From positions 14,496 to 78,495 of the forward strand of contig JAUYBG010000019.1 in the NCBI GenBank assembly GCA_030693205.1: a stretch of DNA of 64,000 nt. Reading direction: 5' to 3'. Of this stretch, positions 9,834 to 19,724 are shown piece after piece. Positions within the stretch are counted from its first letter, which is position 1; each line of letters begins with the position of its first letter. Under the pieces are notes generated by a model that did no database searches, had not been told where the DNA came from, and saw only the letters and a program-made list of their open reading frames with translations. A program made the position numbers and the translations under genes. The DNA is from a bacterium. GTDB lineage: Bacteria > Patescibacteriota > Minisyncoccia > JAHIHE01.

Positions 9834-11099
9834 ATGTCAATATCTAATATTCAAACGCAGCTGAAAAATTTGCCTTCCTCGCCTGGCGTATATTTTTTCC
9901 GCGACAAATCGGGAAAGCTTTTATATATCGGCAAAGCGATCAATTTGAAACGGCGGGTAAGTTCGTATTTCCAGTCCGCCGGTGGGCGGATTAAGTCGGA
10001 TTCCAGGATTCAAGAAATGGTGGGTAGAATCGCGAAGATTGATTACCGCAAGACTGATTCGGTGATCGAAGCGCTGATATTGGAAGCGAACCTGATTAGA
10101 CGCCATCAGCCGTTTTACAATGTCAAATTGAAAGATGATAAGAGTTTTGTGAACATTGCGATCTCGAAAGAAGAATTTCCGCGGGTTTTTATTATACGGC
10201 AGCGAGCGAAAAGACTTTTTAAAAATATTAAGATCAAGAAAATTTACGGCCCGTATCCTTCGGCTGACACGGCTCGCACCGCTTTGAAAATTCTTCGGCG
10301 GATCTTTTCGTTCAGAGGTTTGGAAAAAACCCGGGAAGGCGAGAGATTTTATCGGGAAATTTTGGCCATTCCGGAGGAAAAAGCGCGGTATGCCAAAGGG
10401 ATCAAAAACCTGATGCTTTTTTTATCAGGAAAGAAAAAACGCATCATCGGGGATTTAAAAAAAGAAATGAGGGAGCTGGCAAAAAACAAAAATTACGAAG
10501 AGGCGGGGCAGGCCAGAGACAAAATTTTTGCGCTGGAGCATATTCAAGATGTCGCACTGATCAAAGGATCAGGTTGGACGGAAGATCTGGAGACGCAAAA
10601 AGCGCCATTGCGGATCGAGGCTTACGATATTTCCAATATTTTTGGCGAGTATGCGGTCGGCAGTATGGTGGTTTTCACGAAAGGAAAAATAGACAAAGAC
10701 GAATATCGGCGTTTTCGGATCAGGCAAGTTAAGGGAATTTCCGATACGGATATGCTCGCGGAAGTTTTAAGCCGCCGGTTGAAACACAGTGAATGGAAAA
10801 TGCCGGATCTGATGATCATTGATGGCGGGGCAGGGCAATTGAATGCCGTAAAAAAGATCATCAAGGAGAAGGGACTGGATATTCCCTTGCTTTCGATAGC
10901 CAAAGGCCCGACCAGGAAGGGCGAGAAGCTTTTTATGACAAAAAATGTTTACCTAGACTCGACAGGGTTAGTTCGATTAGGCTCGTCGAGGCTGGCGCCT
11001 AGCCTGGATAAAAAAATCATTTTTGCCATACGCGACGAATCACATCGTTTTGCCATTTCTTATTATAGGAAATTAAAAAGAGCCGGAATGTGGTTTTAA
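9834..11099 (+). CDS. uvrC: excinuclease ABC subunit C, short form lacking the C-terminal HhH domain
   Basis: GIY-YIG motif (GVYFFRDKSGKLLYIGKAINLKRRVSSY), UVR domain (EEAGQARDKIFALEHI) and the UvrC RNase H-like endonuclease domain. At 421 aa it is about 180 aa shorter than canonical UvrC. Confidence 0.75.
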   Translation: MSISNIQTQLKNLPSSPGVYFFRDKSGKLLYIGKAINLKRRVSSYFQSAGGRIKSDSRIQEMVGRIAKIDYRKTDSVIEALILEANLIRRHQPFYNVKLKDDKSFVNIAISKEEFPRVFIIRQRAKRLFKNIKIKKIYGPYPSADTARTALKILRRIFSFRGLEKTREGERFYREILAIPEEKARYAKGIKNLMLFLSGKKKRIIGDLKKEMRELAKNKNYEEAGQARDKIFALEHIQDVALIKGSGWTEDLETQKAPLRIEAYDISNIFGEYAVGSMVVFTKGKIDKDEYRRFRIRQVKGISDTDMLAEVLSRRLKHSEWKMPDLMIIDGGAGQLNAVKKIIKEKGLDIPLLSIAKGPTRKGEKLFMTKNVYLDSTGLVRLGSSRLAPSLDKKIIFAIRDESHRFAISYYRKLKRAGMWF

Positions 11100-11182
11100 A
11101 ATTGTTCAGTAAAAGAGATGGGTGACGCGTTCTTGACTATTTAGCAAATAAGTACTATATTATTCACAAGGAGGTCAATTGC

Positions 11183-11344
11183 GTGAAGATAGGAATATTA
11201 ATAGTTTGGATAGGTGCCATAGCGCTTAGCTTAGCTGGATTATTTTGTCCAGGGAATAACGCGGAGCGTATTCCGGCAACAGCATTTATTCTTACTGTGG
11301 CTTACGTTGCAGTAAAGAGAAAAAATTATGTTTTAAAAACGTAA
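11183..11344 (+). CDS. small membrane protein (53 aa, GTG start), hypothetical
   Basis: AAGGAGGT Shine-Dalgarno 7 nt upstream of the GTG; two hydrophobic helices; a rho-independent terminator follows. Confidence 0.4.
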   Translation: MKIGILIVWIGAIALSLAGLFCPGNNAERIPATAFILTVAYVAVKRKNYVLKT

Positions 11345-11357
11345 TTAGGCTCCAAAA

Positions 11358-11396
11358 AGCGCTGGCAATAAAAATCCAGCGCCTCTTTTATTTTCA
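11358..11396 (+). terminator. rho-independent terminator
   Basis: AGCGCTGG-caataaaaat-CCAGCGC stem-loop followed by CTCTTTTATTTT. Confidence 0.55.
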
Positions 11397-11455
11397 CTTG
11401 TTTAGTGCTATACTTTTATTGTAAATATTAATTTTTTTAAACAGCGTTTAATCGT

Positions 11456-11899
11456 ATGATTATTGATACCTTGAAGGAGAATAAATTTTTTATGCAATTT
11501 GGCAAGTTTTTTATCGTCGGGATTTTGAATACAGGTCTTGATTTTGCTGTTCTAAATTTTTTAATGTGGATGACGCAAACTTATAAAGGGCCGTCTATGG
11601 TTATATTCGGCACGATATCGTTTGCCGTAGCGGTGACGAACAGCTATTTTTTGAATAAATACTGGACTTTTGGCGATAAAAGCAAAGAGCAGGTTCCTCA
11701 GCAATTTATAAAATTTTTAGCCGTGGCTGTCATAGGACTGGTGTTGAGTAATTCAATTATTTATTTTATAACAACTTTAGTTAATCCGATCTTTGGCTTA
11801 AGTCCGGTTCTTTGGGCGAACTTTGCCAAAGCAGTGGCGACTGGCGTAGTGCTGGTTTGGAACTTCGCGGGATACAAACTGTTTGTGTTTAAAAAGTAA
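11456..11899 (+). CDS. GtrA-family membrane protein (polysaccharide synthesis/flippase-associated)
   Basis: About 147 aa, four TM helices; GtrA-like signature (FxxVGxxNTxxDFxxLNFL ... NKYWTF). Confidence 0.6.
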   Translation: MIIDTLKENKFFMQFGKFFIVGILNTGLDFAVLNFLMWMTQTYKGPSMVIFGTISFAVAVTNSYFLNKYWTFGDKSKEQVPQQFIKFLAVAVIGLVLSNSIIYFITTLVNPIFGLSPVLWANFAKAVATGVVLVWNFAGYKLFVFKK

Positions 11900-11909
11900 A
11901 TTAATTAAT

Positions 11910-13562
11910 ATGTCTCTCGTTCTATATCGCAAATACCGGCCGAAAAATTTCAGCGAGATCATCGGCCAGGAAAAAACAGTGAAAATTTTGACCTCCGCGG
12001 TTGGCTCTGGCAGGGTGGCGCACGCGTATCTTTTTACCGGTCCGCGAGGTACGGGAAAAACCACCATTGCCAGAATTTTGGCCAAAGCGATAAATTGCAC
12101 CGCGAGAATTGGCGGCGAGCCTTGCAATAAATGCGAAAATTGCGTTACGCTGAATACCGGGAGAACCTTTGACGTAGTTGAAATTGATGCGGCTTCCAAT
12201 ACCGGCGTGGATAATATCAGAGATCTCAAAGAAAGCATCGGTTTTTCCCCGACCCATTTGAAGTACAAAGTTTTTATCATTGATGAAGTCCACATGCTAA
12301 GCAAGGGCGCTTTCAACGCTTTGCTAAAAATGCTGGAAGAGCCGCCGGAACACGCTATTTTTGTTTTAGCGACCACCGAAATTCATAAAATCCCGCCGAC
12401 GATCATTTCCCGCGTGCAAAGATTTGATTTCAGGAAATTCAGGCTCGACGAGATCGTTGAAAGGTTAAAGGATATAACCAAGCAGGAAAAAGTAAAAGTG
12501 GAAAAAGGCGTGCTGGAAGTGATCGCTTTATCCGCCGATGGGGGAATGCGAGACGCCGAAAGCATGCTCGGGCAGATAATCTCGCTTGAGGCGCCGGGAG
12601 AAGAAATAAAACTCGCGGAAGTAAAAATGGTTTTAGGGCTGACTGATACGGAATCGGTTTTAAAATTTATCGGATTTATATCAAAAAATCAGTTCAAAGA
12701 AGCGATAATTTTTTTGAATGAAATTACTTTTGAAGGGCAGGATTTGGAGCAATTTGCCGGATCGCTCATAGATATTTTCAGGAAGATCACGATTTTGAAG
12801 ACAAACCGGGATCTGAAAAAATATGTCTTAAGCGATTCTACCGAAGAGCAGGCGGAAAAATTATTAAAATTGGCCGAGGTTTTTAGCGAGCAAGAGTTGC
12901 TTTGGATATTTAAAAAATTGATCACGGCAAAGATCGAGATCAAGTCAGCGGTTTTGCCGCAGATACCGCTGGAAATAACTTTGATCGAATATGATATTTT
13001 TAAGAATAATCGCTTTGCGGTTGGAAAAAAAGCGGAAGCGGCGGTTGAAGCTAAAAAAGAACCGAAAATAGAAATTATAGCTAAAAAAAAATTAAACGAG
13101 AACGTTATTGAGCCGAAAGTTGAGAAACCGATTTTAGTTAAAGAGGCGGCTAAGGAAGAAAAAATTGAAAAAAAAGAACCGGAAGAGTTGGCAAACGAAG
13201 GTTTGATCGGTTTGGGGATCGAAGAAATAAAATCGAGCTGGAATCAAATATTGAAAATCGCTAAAAAATACAATCATTCTATCAGCGCGTTTTTGAAATT
13301 ATCCATACCTCAGGAATTAAAAAAAGATATGTTAATGCTTGCCACGCCTTATAAATTCCACGCGGAGAAACTCAACGATTCTTCCAATCGAAAAATAATC
13401 GAGAAAGTTTTGCTGGAAGTGTTCCCGATCTTAAAAAACATCAAGGTTATGGTTGTTCAGGATGAAAATATAAAAGTGGCCAAAGCGCCGGAAGAAAAAA
13501 ATAAAACAGGAGACTTAAAAGTGGATTCCGCGCTTGAGGTTTTTGGGGGAGAAGTGGAGTAA
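11910..13562 (+). CDS. dnaX: DNA polymerase III subunit gamma/tau
   Basis: Canonical N-terminus (YRKYRPKNFSEIIGQE), Walker A (GPRGTGKTT) and Zn module (CxxCxxC). ATG at 11910 is preferred over the in-frame TTG at 11883. The C-terminal roughly 95 aa are duplicated in ORF 45059..45904. Confidence 0.9.
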   Translation: MSLVLYRKYRPKNFSEIIGQEKTVKILTSAVGSGRVAHAYLFTGPRGTGKTTIARILAKAINCTARIGGEPCNKCENCVTLNTGRTFDVVEIDAASNTGVDNIRDLKESIGFSPTHLKYKVFIIDEVHMLSKGAFNALLKMLEEPPEHAIFVLATTEIHKIPPTIISRVQRFDFRKFRLDEIVERLKDITKQEKVKVEKGVLEVIALSADGGMRDAESMLGQIISLEAPGEEIKLAEVKMVLGLTDTESVLKFIGFISKNQFKEAIIFLNEITFEGQDLEQFAGSLIDIFRKITILKTNRDLKKYVLSDSTEEQAEKLLKLAEVFSEQELLWIFKKLITAKIEIKSAVLPQIPLEITLIEYDIFKNNRFAVGKKAEAAVEAKKEPKIEIIAKKKLNENVIEPKVEKPILVKEAAKEEKIEKKEPEELANEGLIGLGIEEIKSSWNQILKIAKKYNHSISAFLKLSIPQELKKDMLMLATPYKFHAEKLNDSSNRKIIEKVLLEVFPILKNIKVMVVQDENIKVAKAPEEKNKTGDLKVDSALEVFGGEVE

Positions 13563-13689
13563 ATAGAGACTTGCCCCGCACCAAATTCCGAAGCAAATAT
13601 TAATTTATTATAACGATAGTTTCTCGGTATCGCCTGCGGCTTACTTTTTATTTTGAGTGAATATGGCTATAGAATTGATGCGGGGCTAC

Positions 13690-13726
13690 GATGTAGCGCT
13701 ATAAAGGCGCTACATCTTGATTTTTT
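13690..13726 (+). terminator. rho-independent terminator after dnaX
   Basis: Perfect 10-bp stem GATGTAGCGC/GCGCTACATC with a 7-nt loop, then TTGATTTTTT. Confidence 0.7.
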
Positions 13727-13750
13727 CGTCAATTTACGCTAATATATATA

Positions 13751-13787
13751 AGAATTTAAGCATTAGACTTAAATTCTTTTGTTTCTT
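13751..13787 (+). terminator. second hairpin plus T-rich tract (terminator-like)
   Basis: Perfect 10-bp inverted repeat AGAATTTAAG-cattaga-CTTAAATTCT followed by TTTGTTTCTT. Confidence 0.4.
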
Positions 13788-13861
13788 GCAGGATCGTTCC
13801 GCCTCTCCGGCGGGTCGCCGATGAGGCGTCTAATGGCCCAATGAAATAAAAAGTTAATCAT

Positions 13862-13932
13862 TGCGGGATCGTCTAATGGTAGGACAGCGCCCTTTGAAGG
13901 CGCTTATCATGGTTCGAATCCATGTCCCGCAG
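13862..13932 (+). tRNA. tRNA-Gln (anticodon UUG)
   Basis: Hand-folded cloverleaf: acceptor TGCGGGA/TCCCGCA with U1-A72, anticodon stem GCGCC/GGCGC, loop CTTTGAA, T-arm CATGG-TTCGAAT-CCATG, discriminator G. Confidence 0.8.
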
Positions 13933-14133
13933 CCGCGAAAATATAATCGGATCGTCATATCAACAAGTGCTGAATACGCGCTTGTTTTGTTTTTAACAAG
14001 CCAAAATAAGTTTAAAACTGTTTACAAAAGGGTTAAAATATGCTAATGTTGTAAAGTTAAATGAACGGCAGTTAAAGCTGATTATAGACAAGAAATTTAG
14101 TATATTTAACTAAAATATATCGTTTTATAATTT

Positions 14134-15747
14134 ATGAGCAAAAATCTTCAATTAAGAGAACCGGTCGTTATCTATATCGAAAAGATCAAAAAAATAAACA
14201 GGAAATCGCTGGAAAAAGAGCCGGCGGAGCGCATCAAGGTAAGCTACGCGGCGAGCACTATTTCTTTTTTGTACGAAAAAATAAGAAATACCGTTGATTA
14301 TAAAGAAGAGTTTTTGTTGCGCAAATACGCGATCGAGCGCATCTTAAACCGTCTTATTTTTATTGAAGACAAGAAAAGCGGAATAGGTGAAGCGTTGCTT
14401 TCGGATCTTATCAGGGGCAGATATTTTTTAAACGATACTATCGGCATTGATAAAATCGCCGAAACGGATCGGATCATAGAAAAGTATCTTACTCTTTTTG
14501 GCAAGATAGGATCTGTCGCTTTAAAAAAAGAAGATTTCAATAAGACCATTGAATGGTTTATCGGTATAGCGGCTTTTGAAATTGAAAAAAATTTGGTCTC
14601 TTACGATAAAGAAGAAGCGCTTTGCGAGTTTATCTACAATACCGTGTGCAAGGATATCGTGATCAAAGACGGATTTTTGAATGAAAGGCAGGAGATCACG
14701 CAGACTTACCTGGCAATTTTGAGAGCGGCTTTGCGGGCCGACAGATCGATCCTTTCGTATTATTTGTTGAAAGCTTATTGGCCGGACTGGTTTGGCGAGA
14801 ATTGGCTTTCTGTAAGCGATGAATTGTCCAAGAATATTTTTTCGACAAAAAACATTATTGATAAAGAGATCAACCATCCGGTGGCTGAAAGATTTTTGAG
14901 ATTTTTTAAGCGCCGTGCCGTGGTTTATTTTATTGTTTCCGATCTGATAGTAAAAAATGCCGGCCAAGCCGAAGAGAAAATGCTATTCTCAAAACTTGAT
15001 TTTTTGGAAGATATACAGACGGCTTGTTCGTCCAGGTATAAAAATGCGAGGGAAGTCTTATCCAGAACATTCGGGAGAAGCGTCGCGTATATTTTTATCA
15101 CCAAGATCGCCCTGGCTTTTATAATCGAGGTGCCGTATGAAATATTTACAGTCGGGAAGATTAATTATACATCATTGGGTATCAATGTTATTTTTCATCC
15201 TTCCTTGATGTATGTGATCGGCTCTTCGATCCAAATGCCGAAAGAAAAAAATACGGCGCAAATTATCCGCGAGGCGGAATACGTGGTGTATAAGAAGAAA
15301 AAATCAGAGGCCCCGCCTTATGCCAATAAATTTTCTTTTTCCCAGTCATCTTTTTCCGGCGGTTTGTTCTTTATTTTTTACGCCGCGATGTTCGTGATCA
15401 CTTTCGGGCTGATTATCACCGTGTTGAGGAAACTGGAATTCAATTTTGTCAGCGGAGCGCTTTTCGTATTTTTTATAAGCGTGGTCAGTTTTTTCGCTTA
15501 CAAGATCAGCCGGCCGGTCAGAGAGCTTATTGTAGTCGATAAAAAAGACAGATTGATCGATTCAGTGCTTGATTTTTTCTTTATTCCCGTAATGTATTTT
15601 GGCCGGTGGCTGTCTGAGAGTTTTTCCCAGATCAACATATTCGTTTTTGCTCTGGATTTTATCATTGAAGCTCCTTTCAAAACACTCATTAAGGTTTTTG
15701 ACGATTGGGTGAAATTCATGAAAGAAAAAAGAGAAGAGATAATGTAA
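14134..15747 (+). CDS. hypothetical protein with C-terminal transmembrane region (537 aa)
   Basis: Long ORF with a soluble N-terminal portion and several C-terminal hydrophobic helices; no recognisable motif. Confidence 0.45.
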   Translation: MSKNLQLREPVVIYIEKIKKINRKSLEKEPAERIKVSYAASTISFLYEKIRNTVDYKEEFLLRKYAIERILNRLIFIEDKKSGIGEALLSDLIRGRYFLNDTIGIDKIAETDRIIEKYLTLFGKIGSVALKKEDFNKTIEWFIGIAAFEIEKNLVSYDKEEALCEFIYNTVCKDIVIKDGFLNERQEITQTYLAILRAALRADRSILSYYLLKAYWPDWFGENWLSVSDELSKNIFSTKNIIDKEINHPVAERFLRFFKRRAVVYFIVSDLIVKNAGQAEEKMLFSKLDFLEDIQTACSSRYKNAREVLSRTFGRSVAYIFITKIALAFIIEVPYEIFTVGKINYTSLGINVIFHPSLMYVIGSSIQMPKEKNTAQIIREAEYVVYKKKKSEAPPYANKFSFSQSSFSGGLFFIFYAAMFVITFGLIITVLRKLEFNFVSGALFVFFISVVSFFAYKISRPVRELIVVDKKDRLIDSVLDFFFIPVMYFGRWLSESFSQINIFVFALDFIIEAPFKTLIKVFDDWVKFMKEKREEIM

Positions 15748-15917
15748 TATAATTTTGAAATATTAACCCTGTTAAATCTGCTTTGGACGGCGCGAAGCGA
15801 TTTAACGGGGTTGATTTATAATTAATTGTTTGGTATAATCATAAAATAAGAAAAGATAATACTTGCTTATTTCAGCAGGATTAATTAAATTAACGCAAAA
15901 TAGTTAGGACATAAAAT

Positions 15918-16244
15918 ATGAGCGAAATAACTTTAACTGACGCGAATTTTAAAACCGAGGTTTTGGACTCAGAAATGGTAGTTTTAGTTGATTTTTGGGC
16001 GCCATGGTGCGGCCCATGCCAGATGGTTGGCCCGATCGTCGTTACTATCGCCAAAGAGTATGAAGGAAAAATCAAAGTAGGAAAGCTGAACGTCGATGAA
16101 AATCCTGTCATCTCAAGCGAATACGGGATAATGAGCATACCCACTCTCAAGATTTTTAAGCATGGAAAAATCGTCGAGGAAATGGTGGGCGTCCAGCCGG
16201 CAATCGCGATTACGCAAAAAATAGACAAAGTTTTGGCAGAATAA
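15918..16244 (+). CDS. trxA: thioredoxin
   Basis: 108 aa with the WCGPC active site ([16 protein letters not shown]). Confidence 0.9.
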   Translation: MSEITLTDANFKTEVLDSEMVVLVDFWAPWCGPCQMVGPIVVTIAKEYEGKIKVGKLNVDENPVISSEYGIMSIPTLKIFKHGKIVEEMVGVQPAIAITQKIDKVLAE

Positions 16245-16254
16245 GACTAAAAAA

Positions 16255-16893
16255 ATGTTATTAAATAAGATAATTAAATATTTGACAGTGGCCGACTTTG
16301 CATTATTGTCGGGATTTTCGCTGATTGCGCCGATATTCGCGATTTTTATTTTAAATAATATTAAGGGCGGAAATATGGAGGTGGTGGGTTTTGCTACCGC
16401 TATCAATGTGCTGGTGCGGGCGGTTTTACAGCTGCCAATTGCAAAATATTTGGACAAAAAACGCGGTGATTTAGACGAATATTATTTTACTATTATAAGT
16501 ACAGTGCTTTTAGCCGCGACACCGCTTCTTTATTTAAAAATTTCAACGCCTGTTGAGCTTTATGCAGTTCAAATTATTTACGCAATCGGTTTTGCGATGA
16601 ATTATCCGGCTTGGATGTCGCTTTTTACCCGTCATGCGGAACGAGAGCGCGAGGGATCGCAATGGGCAATATATTCTGCCGTAACAGGCGTAGGCGCGGC
16701 CGCGGCCGCGGCAATAGGAGGAGTAATCGGCGAAAGATATGGTTTTCCCGCTTTATTTTGGCTGGTTTTTTTCGTTACAATGTTAGGAGCAATCAGTCTT
16801 CTGAAAATTTACGAACCATTAAAGGCGCCTCACGAACATCATAAAATAAAGCAAAAAGAAGCTTTTGAAATAAAAGGGTCAGAAATAAAATAA
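16255..16893 (+). CDS. polytopic membrane protein (MFS-like half-transporter?), hypothetical
   Basis: About six TM helices with Gly/Ala-rich helices (GVGAAAAAAIGGVIGERYG); tightly packed between trxA and the next gene. Confidence 0.4.
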   Translation: MLLNKIIKYLTVADFALLSGFSLIAPIFAIFILNNIKGGNMEVVGFATAINVLVRAVLQLPIAKYLDKKRGDLDEYYFTIISTVLLAATPLLYLKISTPVELYAVQIIYAIGFAMNYPAWMSLFTRHAEREREGSQWAIYSAVTGVGAAAAAAIGGVIGERYGFPALFWLVFFVTMLGAISLLKIYEPLKAPHEHHKIKQKEAFEIKGSEIK

Positions 16894-16896
16894 AAA

Positions 16897-17409
16897 ATGA
16901 TAAAAAATAAATTAAAAATTCCTTTTTATCGCCAGAGAAATGAATTTGCGTGCGGTCCGGCAGCGCTTCAGATGATTTTTTCTTTTTTGGGAAAATTCAA
17001 GAAACAAGATAATTTAGCGAGGGCTTTGCATACGACAAAGGCAGGTACATACCATTCAAGCTTGATCGAAGAAGCGAGGAAGGAAGATTTTTTTTGCTAC
17101 GTCAATAATAAATCCACTATTCACGAAGTCAGGCATTTTATAAATCTGGGTTTGCCGGTTGTGGTTAATTACAACGAACCGTCAACGAATGACAGCCATT
17201 ATGCGGTAGTGGTCGGCTACGACAGGAACAAGCTCATTTTAAATGATCCATGGAACGGAAAAAATTTTAAAATGCCTGAAAATGAATTTATTTTAAGATG
17301 GCACGATTACTTGAACAAGCATACCTGTAAAAAATGGATAATGGTTGTTTCAAAAAAAGATTTTCATCTGGGAAAACAATATTTTCCATATTCTTGCTCA
17401 AAAAAATAA
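16897..17409 (+). CDS. peptidase C39-like cysteine peptidase domain protein
   Basis: YRQ...FACGPAALQMIF (catalytic Cys) and SHYAVVVGYD (His), a C39_2/papain-like arrangement; no signal peptide. Confidence 0.5.
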   Translation: MIKNKLKIPFYRQRNEFACGPAALQMIFSFLGKFKKQDNLARALHTTKAGTYHSSLIEEARKEDFFCYVNNKSTIHEVRHFINLGLPVVVNYNEPSTNDSHYAVVVGYDRNKLILNDPWNGKNFKMPENEFILRWHDYLNKHTCKKWIMVVSKKDFHLGKQYFPYSCSKK

Positions 17410-17435
17410 CTAAATAGAATTTAATTTCAAATATT

Positions 17436-18356
17436 ATGATCTACGATCTTATCATCCTCGGCGCGGGTTCGGCGGGGCTCGCCGCTTCGATCTATGCCTC
17501 TTATCACAAACTGAATCATTTGGTGATCGGTGATGTTGTCGGTGGCACTGCCATAGGAGCCGCGCATATTAAAAATTATCCGGGAACGGAATCGATTAGC
17601 GGAGTTGAATTAATGCAGCGCTTTCAGCACCACGCTGAAAGTTTGGGTGGAAAAATTATTCCGGCCAAGATAGCTGGTCTGGAAAAAAAGGGAGATCTTT
17701 TTGAAGTTAGCGCGGATGAACAATCATATCAAACTAAATCTTTGATCGTTGCTCTTGGCACTCGCCGGAGAAAAATGAATATTCCCGGAGAAGAAAAGCT
17801 TTTGGGAAAAGGGGTAAGCTATTGCGCCACCTGCGATTCAATGTTTTTTAAAAATAAAACTGTGGCGGTGGTCGGCGGAGGAAATTCAGCCGCCATGGCC
17901 GCTACTCTTTTGGCGGAGTACGCCAACAAAGTATTTTTGATCTATCGCGGCGCTGAATTAAAATGCCAGCCTGTCACGACGGATCATCTGAAAGTAAATC
18001 CCAAAGTTACCATAATTTACAATACGAATGTTTTGGAAATAATCGGGGATAAAAAAGTGGAAAGCATTACTTTCGATAAGGAATATCAAGGCAGTAAGAT
18101 AATAAAAACTGATGGAATTTTTGCGGAAATCGGCGCGATGCCAAGTTCGGATTTGCTGAAAAAGCTAGGAGTGATATTAAACGAAAATGGCTATGTTGTG
18201 GTTGATCAGTGGGGGAAGACCAATATTGCCGGCGTTTACGCGGCAGGGGATATAATCAGCAATACGCCCGGTTTTAACCAGGTCGTTACCGCCTCGGCCG
18301 ATGGCGCGACCGCAGTAAACGCGGTTTATAAATATTTGAAAGAAATTAAAAAATAA
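17436..18356 (+). CDS. trxB: thioredoxin-disulfide reductase
   Basis: FAD motif GAGSAGLAAS, redox-active CATCD motif (YCATCDSMFF) and NADPH site GGGNSA. Confidence 0.9.
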   Translation: MIYDLIILGAGSAGLAASIYASYHKLNHLVIGDVVGGTAIGAAHIKNYPGTESISGVELMQRFQHHAESLGGKIIPAKIAGLEKKGDLFEVSADEQSYQTKSLIVALGTRRRKMNIPGEEKLLGKGVSYCATCDSMFFKNKTVAVVGGGNSAAMAATLLAEYANKVFLIYRGAELKCQPVTTDHLKVNPKVTIIYNTNVLEIIGDKKVESITFDKEYQGSKIIKTDGIFAEIGAMPSSDLLKKLGVILNENGYVVVDQWGKTNIAGVYAAGDIISNTPGFNQVVTASADGATAVNAVYKYLKEIKK

Positions 18357-18364
18357 TAATTTAT

Positions 18365-19618
18365 ATGCAAAATAATACCAATCCCTATCAAAGCGCTTTG
18401 ACTCAGCTCACGATCGCAGCCGGAGTTTTGAAGATCAACAAAGATATTTTGGAAATTTTAAAAGTGCCGAAAAGAGTTCTCAGGGTATTTATTCCGGTCA
18501 GAATGGACGATGGCAGTATTAAAAATTTTGAAGGATTCAGGGTTCAGCACAATGACGCGCGCGGGCCTTTTAAAGGCGGCATTAGGTTTTCGCCGATAGT
18601 TTCCATGGATGAAGTAATGGCGCTGGCAATGTGGATGACCTGGAAGACAGCGGTGGTGGGAATTCCTTATGGCGGAGCCAAAGGCGGAGTTATCGTTGAT
18701 ACAAAAAAACTTTCCAAAGGCGAACTGGAAAGATTATCCCGCGGCTATGTGCGCTCAACGCACAAATTTATCGGGCCGAATATCGATGTGCCGGCGCCGG
18801 ATATGTATACTACGCCGGAAATTATGGCCTGGATGGCCAATGAATATTCAAGAATTGTCGGAGAAAATACGCCGGCATCTTTTACCGGCAAGCCGGTGGA
18901 AGTCGGCGGATCGTTGGGCCGGGCCGATTCCACATCAGTTGGCGGGGTTTATGTCTTGGAAGAAGCGCTAAAGAAAATCAAGAAAGAAAAAAAGCATATC
19001 ACGGTCGCGATCCAGGGAATGGGAAATGTCGGCGCCAATGCGGCCAAGATTTTGTTCAATGAAGATTGCAATATTGTGGCGGTTTCCGATTCCAAGGGCG
19101 GCATAGTTTCGGAATCGGAAGGCAAGGGATTGAATATCGAAGAAGTTTTGAAATATAAAGAAAAAACCGGTTCGGTGGCCGGATTTCCCAAAACCAAAGC
19201 AATAACCAACGAAGAATTATTGATTTTGAACGTGGATGTTTTGATTCCGGCGGCGCTGGAAAACCAGATCACGGTCAAAAATGCCAAAGATATAAAAGCG
19301 AAAATCGTATTGGAATTGGCAAATGGCCCGACTACTCCGGAAGCGGATAAGATCCTGGACGCCAAAGGAATACTTTTGATTCCCGATATTTTAGCCAATG
19401 CCGGCGGAGTCTTGGTGAGTTATTTTGAATGGGTGCAAAATCGAACGGGTTATTATTGGGACGAAACGGAGGTTAACGAAAAATTAAAAAAGCAAATGAT
19501 AAAATCATTTAGCGATGTTTGGGAAAGAAAAGAGAAATATAAGGTTGACACTCGCACAGCGGCAAATATTTTGGCGCTGGAAAGAGTGGTTAAGGCGATG
19601 AAGCTACGCGGGGTGTAA
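18365..19618 (+). CDS. gdhA: glutamate dehydrogenase (Glu/Leu/Phe/Val dehydrogenase family)
   Basis: GPFKGGIRFSP and catalytic-lysine region (GIPYGGAKGG); Rossmann motif GMGNVG. Confidence 0.85.
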   Translation: MQNNTNPYQSALTQLTIAAGVLKINKDILEILKVPKRVLRVFIPVRMDDGSIKNFEGFRVQHNDARGPFKGGIRFSPIVSMDEVMALAMWMTWKTAVVGIPYGGAKGGVIVDTKKLSKGELERLSRGYVRSTHKFIGPNIDVPAPDMYTTPEIMAWMANEYSRIVGENTPASFTGKPVEVGGSLGRADSTSVGGVYVLEEALKKIKKEKKHITVAIQGMGNVGANAAKILFNEDCNIVAVSDSKGGIVSESEGKGLNIEEVLKYKEKTGSVAGFPKTKAITNEELLILNVDVLIPAALENQITVKNAKDIKAKIVLELANGPTTPEADKILDAKGILLIPDILANAGGVLVSYFEWVQNRTGYYWDETEVNEKLKKQMIKSFSDVWERKEKYKVDTRTAANILALERVVKAMKLRGV

Positions 19619-19640
19619 AAATTAAAGATAGTTCAATAAA

Positions 19641-19675
19641 AAGATGTGTTTAAATATCGCATCTTTTTATTTGTC
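19641..19675 (+). terminator. terminator-like hairpin after gdhA
   Basis: AAAGATG...CATCTTT stem followed by TTTATTT. Confidence 0.35.
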
Positions 19676-19724
19676 AAGAAGCGGTTTTTTTGCTAGACTA
19701 AGGATATAAAAATCTTTATTATTT

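Noticed and set aside
11883-11909. Upstream TTG start for dnaX given by the ORF track (MCLKSKLIN-)
   Set aside because: The ATG at 11910 immediately precedes the universally conserved MS..LYRKYRP N-terminus, and the TTG extension overlaps the stop of the GtrA-like gene.
13861-14046. 61-aa ORF (MRDRLMVGQRPLK...) on the + strand
   Set aside because: It overlaps the clearly folded tRNA-Gln(UUG) gene and its trailer, so it is a spurious translation of tRNA sequence.
16611-16844. 77-aa Arg-rich ORF (MDVAFYPSCGTRARGIAMGN...) in an alternate frame
   Set aside because: It lies entirely inside the membrane-protein gene 16255..16893 in a GC-rich Ala/Gly codon stretch; this is a typical frame-shifted artefact.
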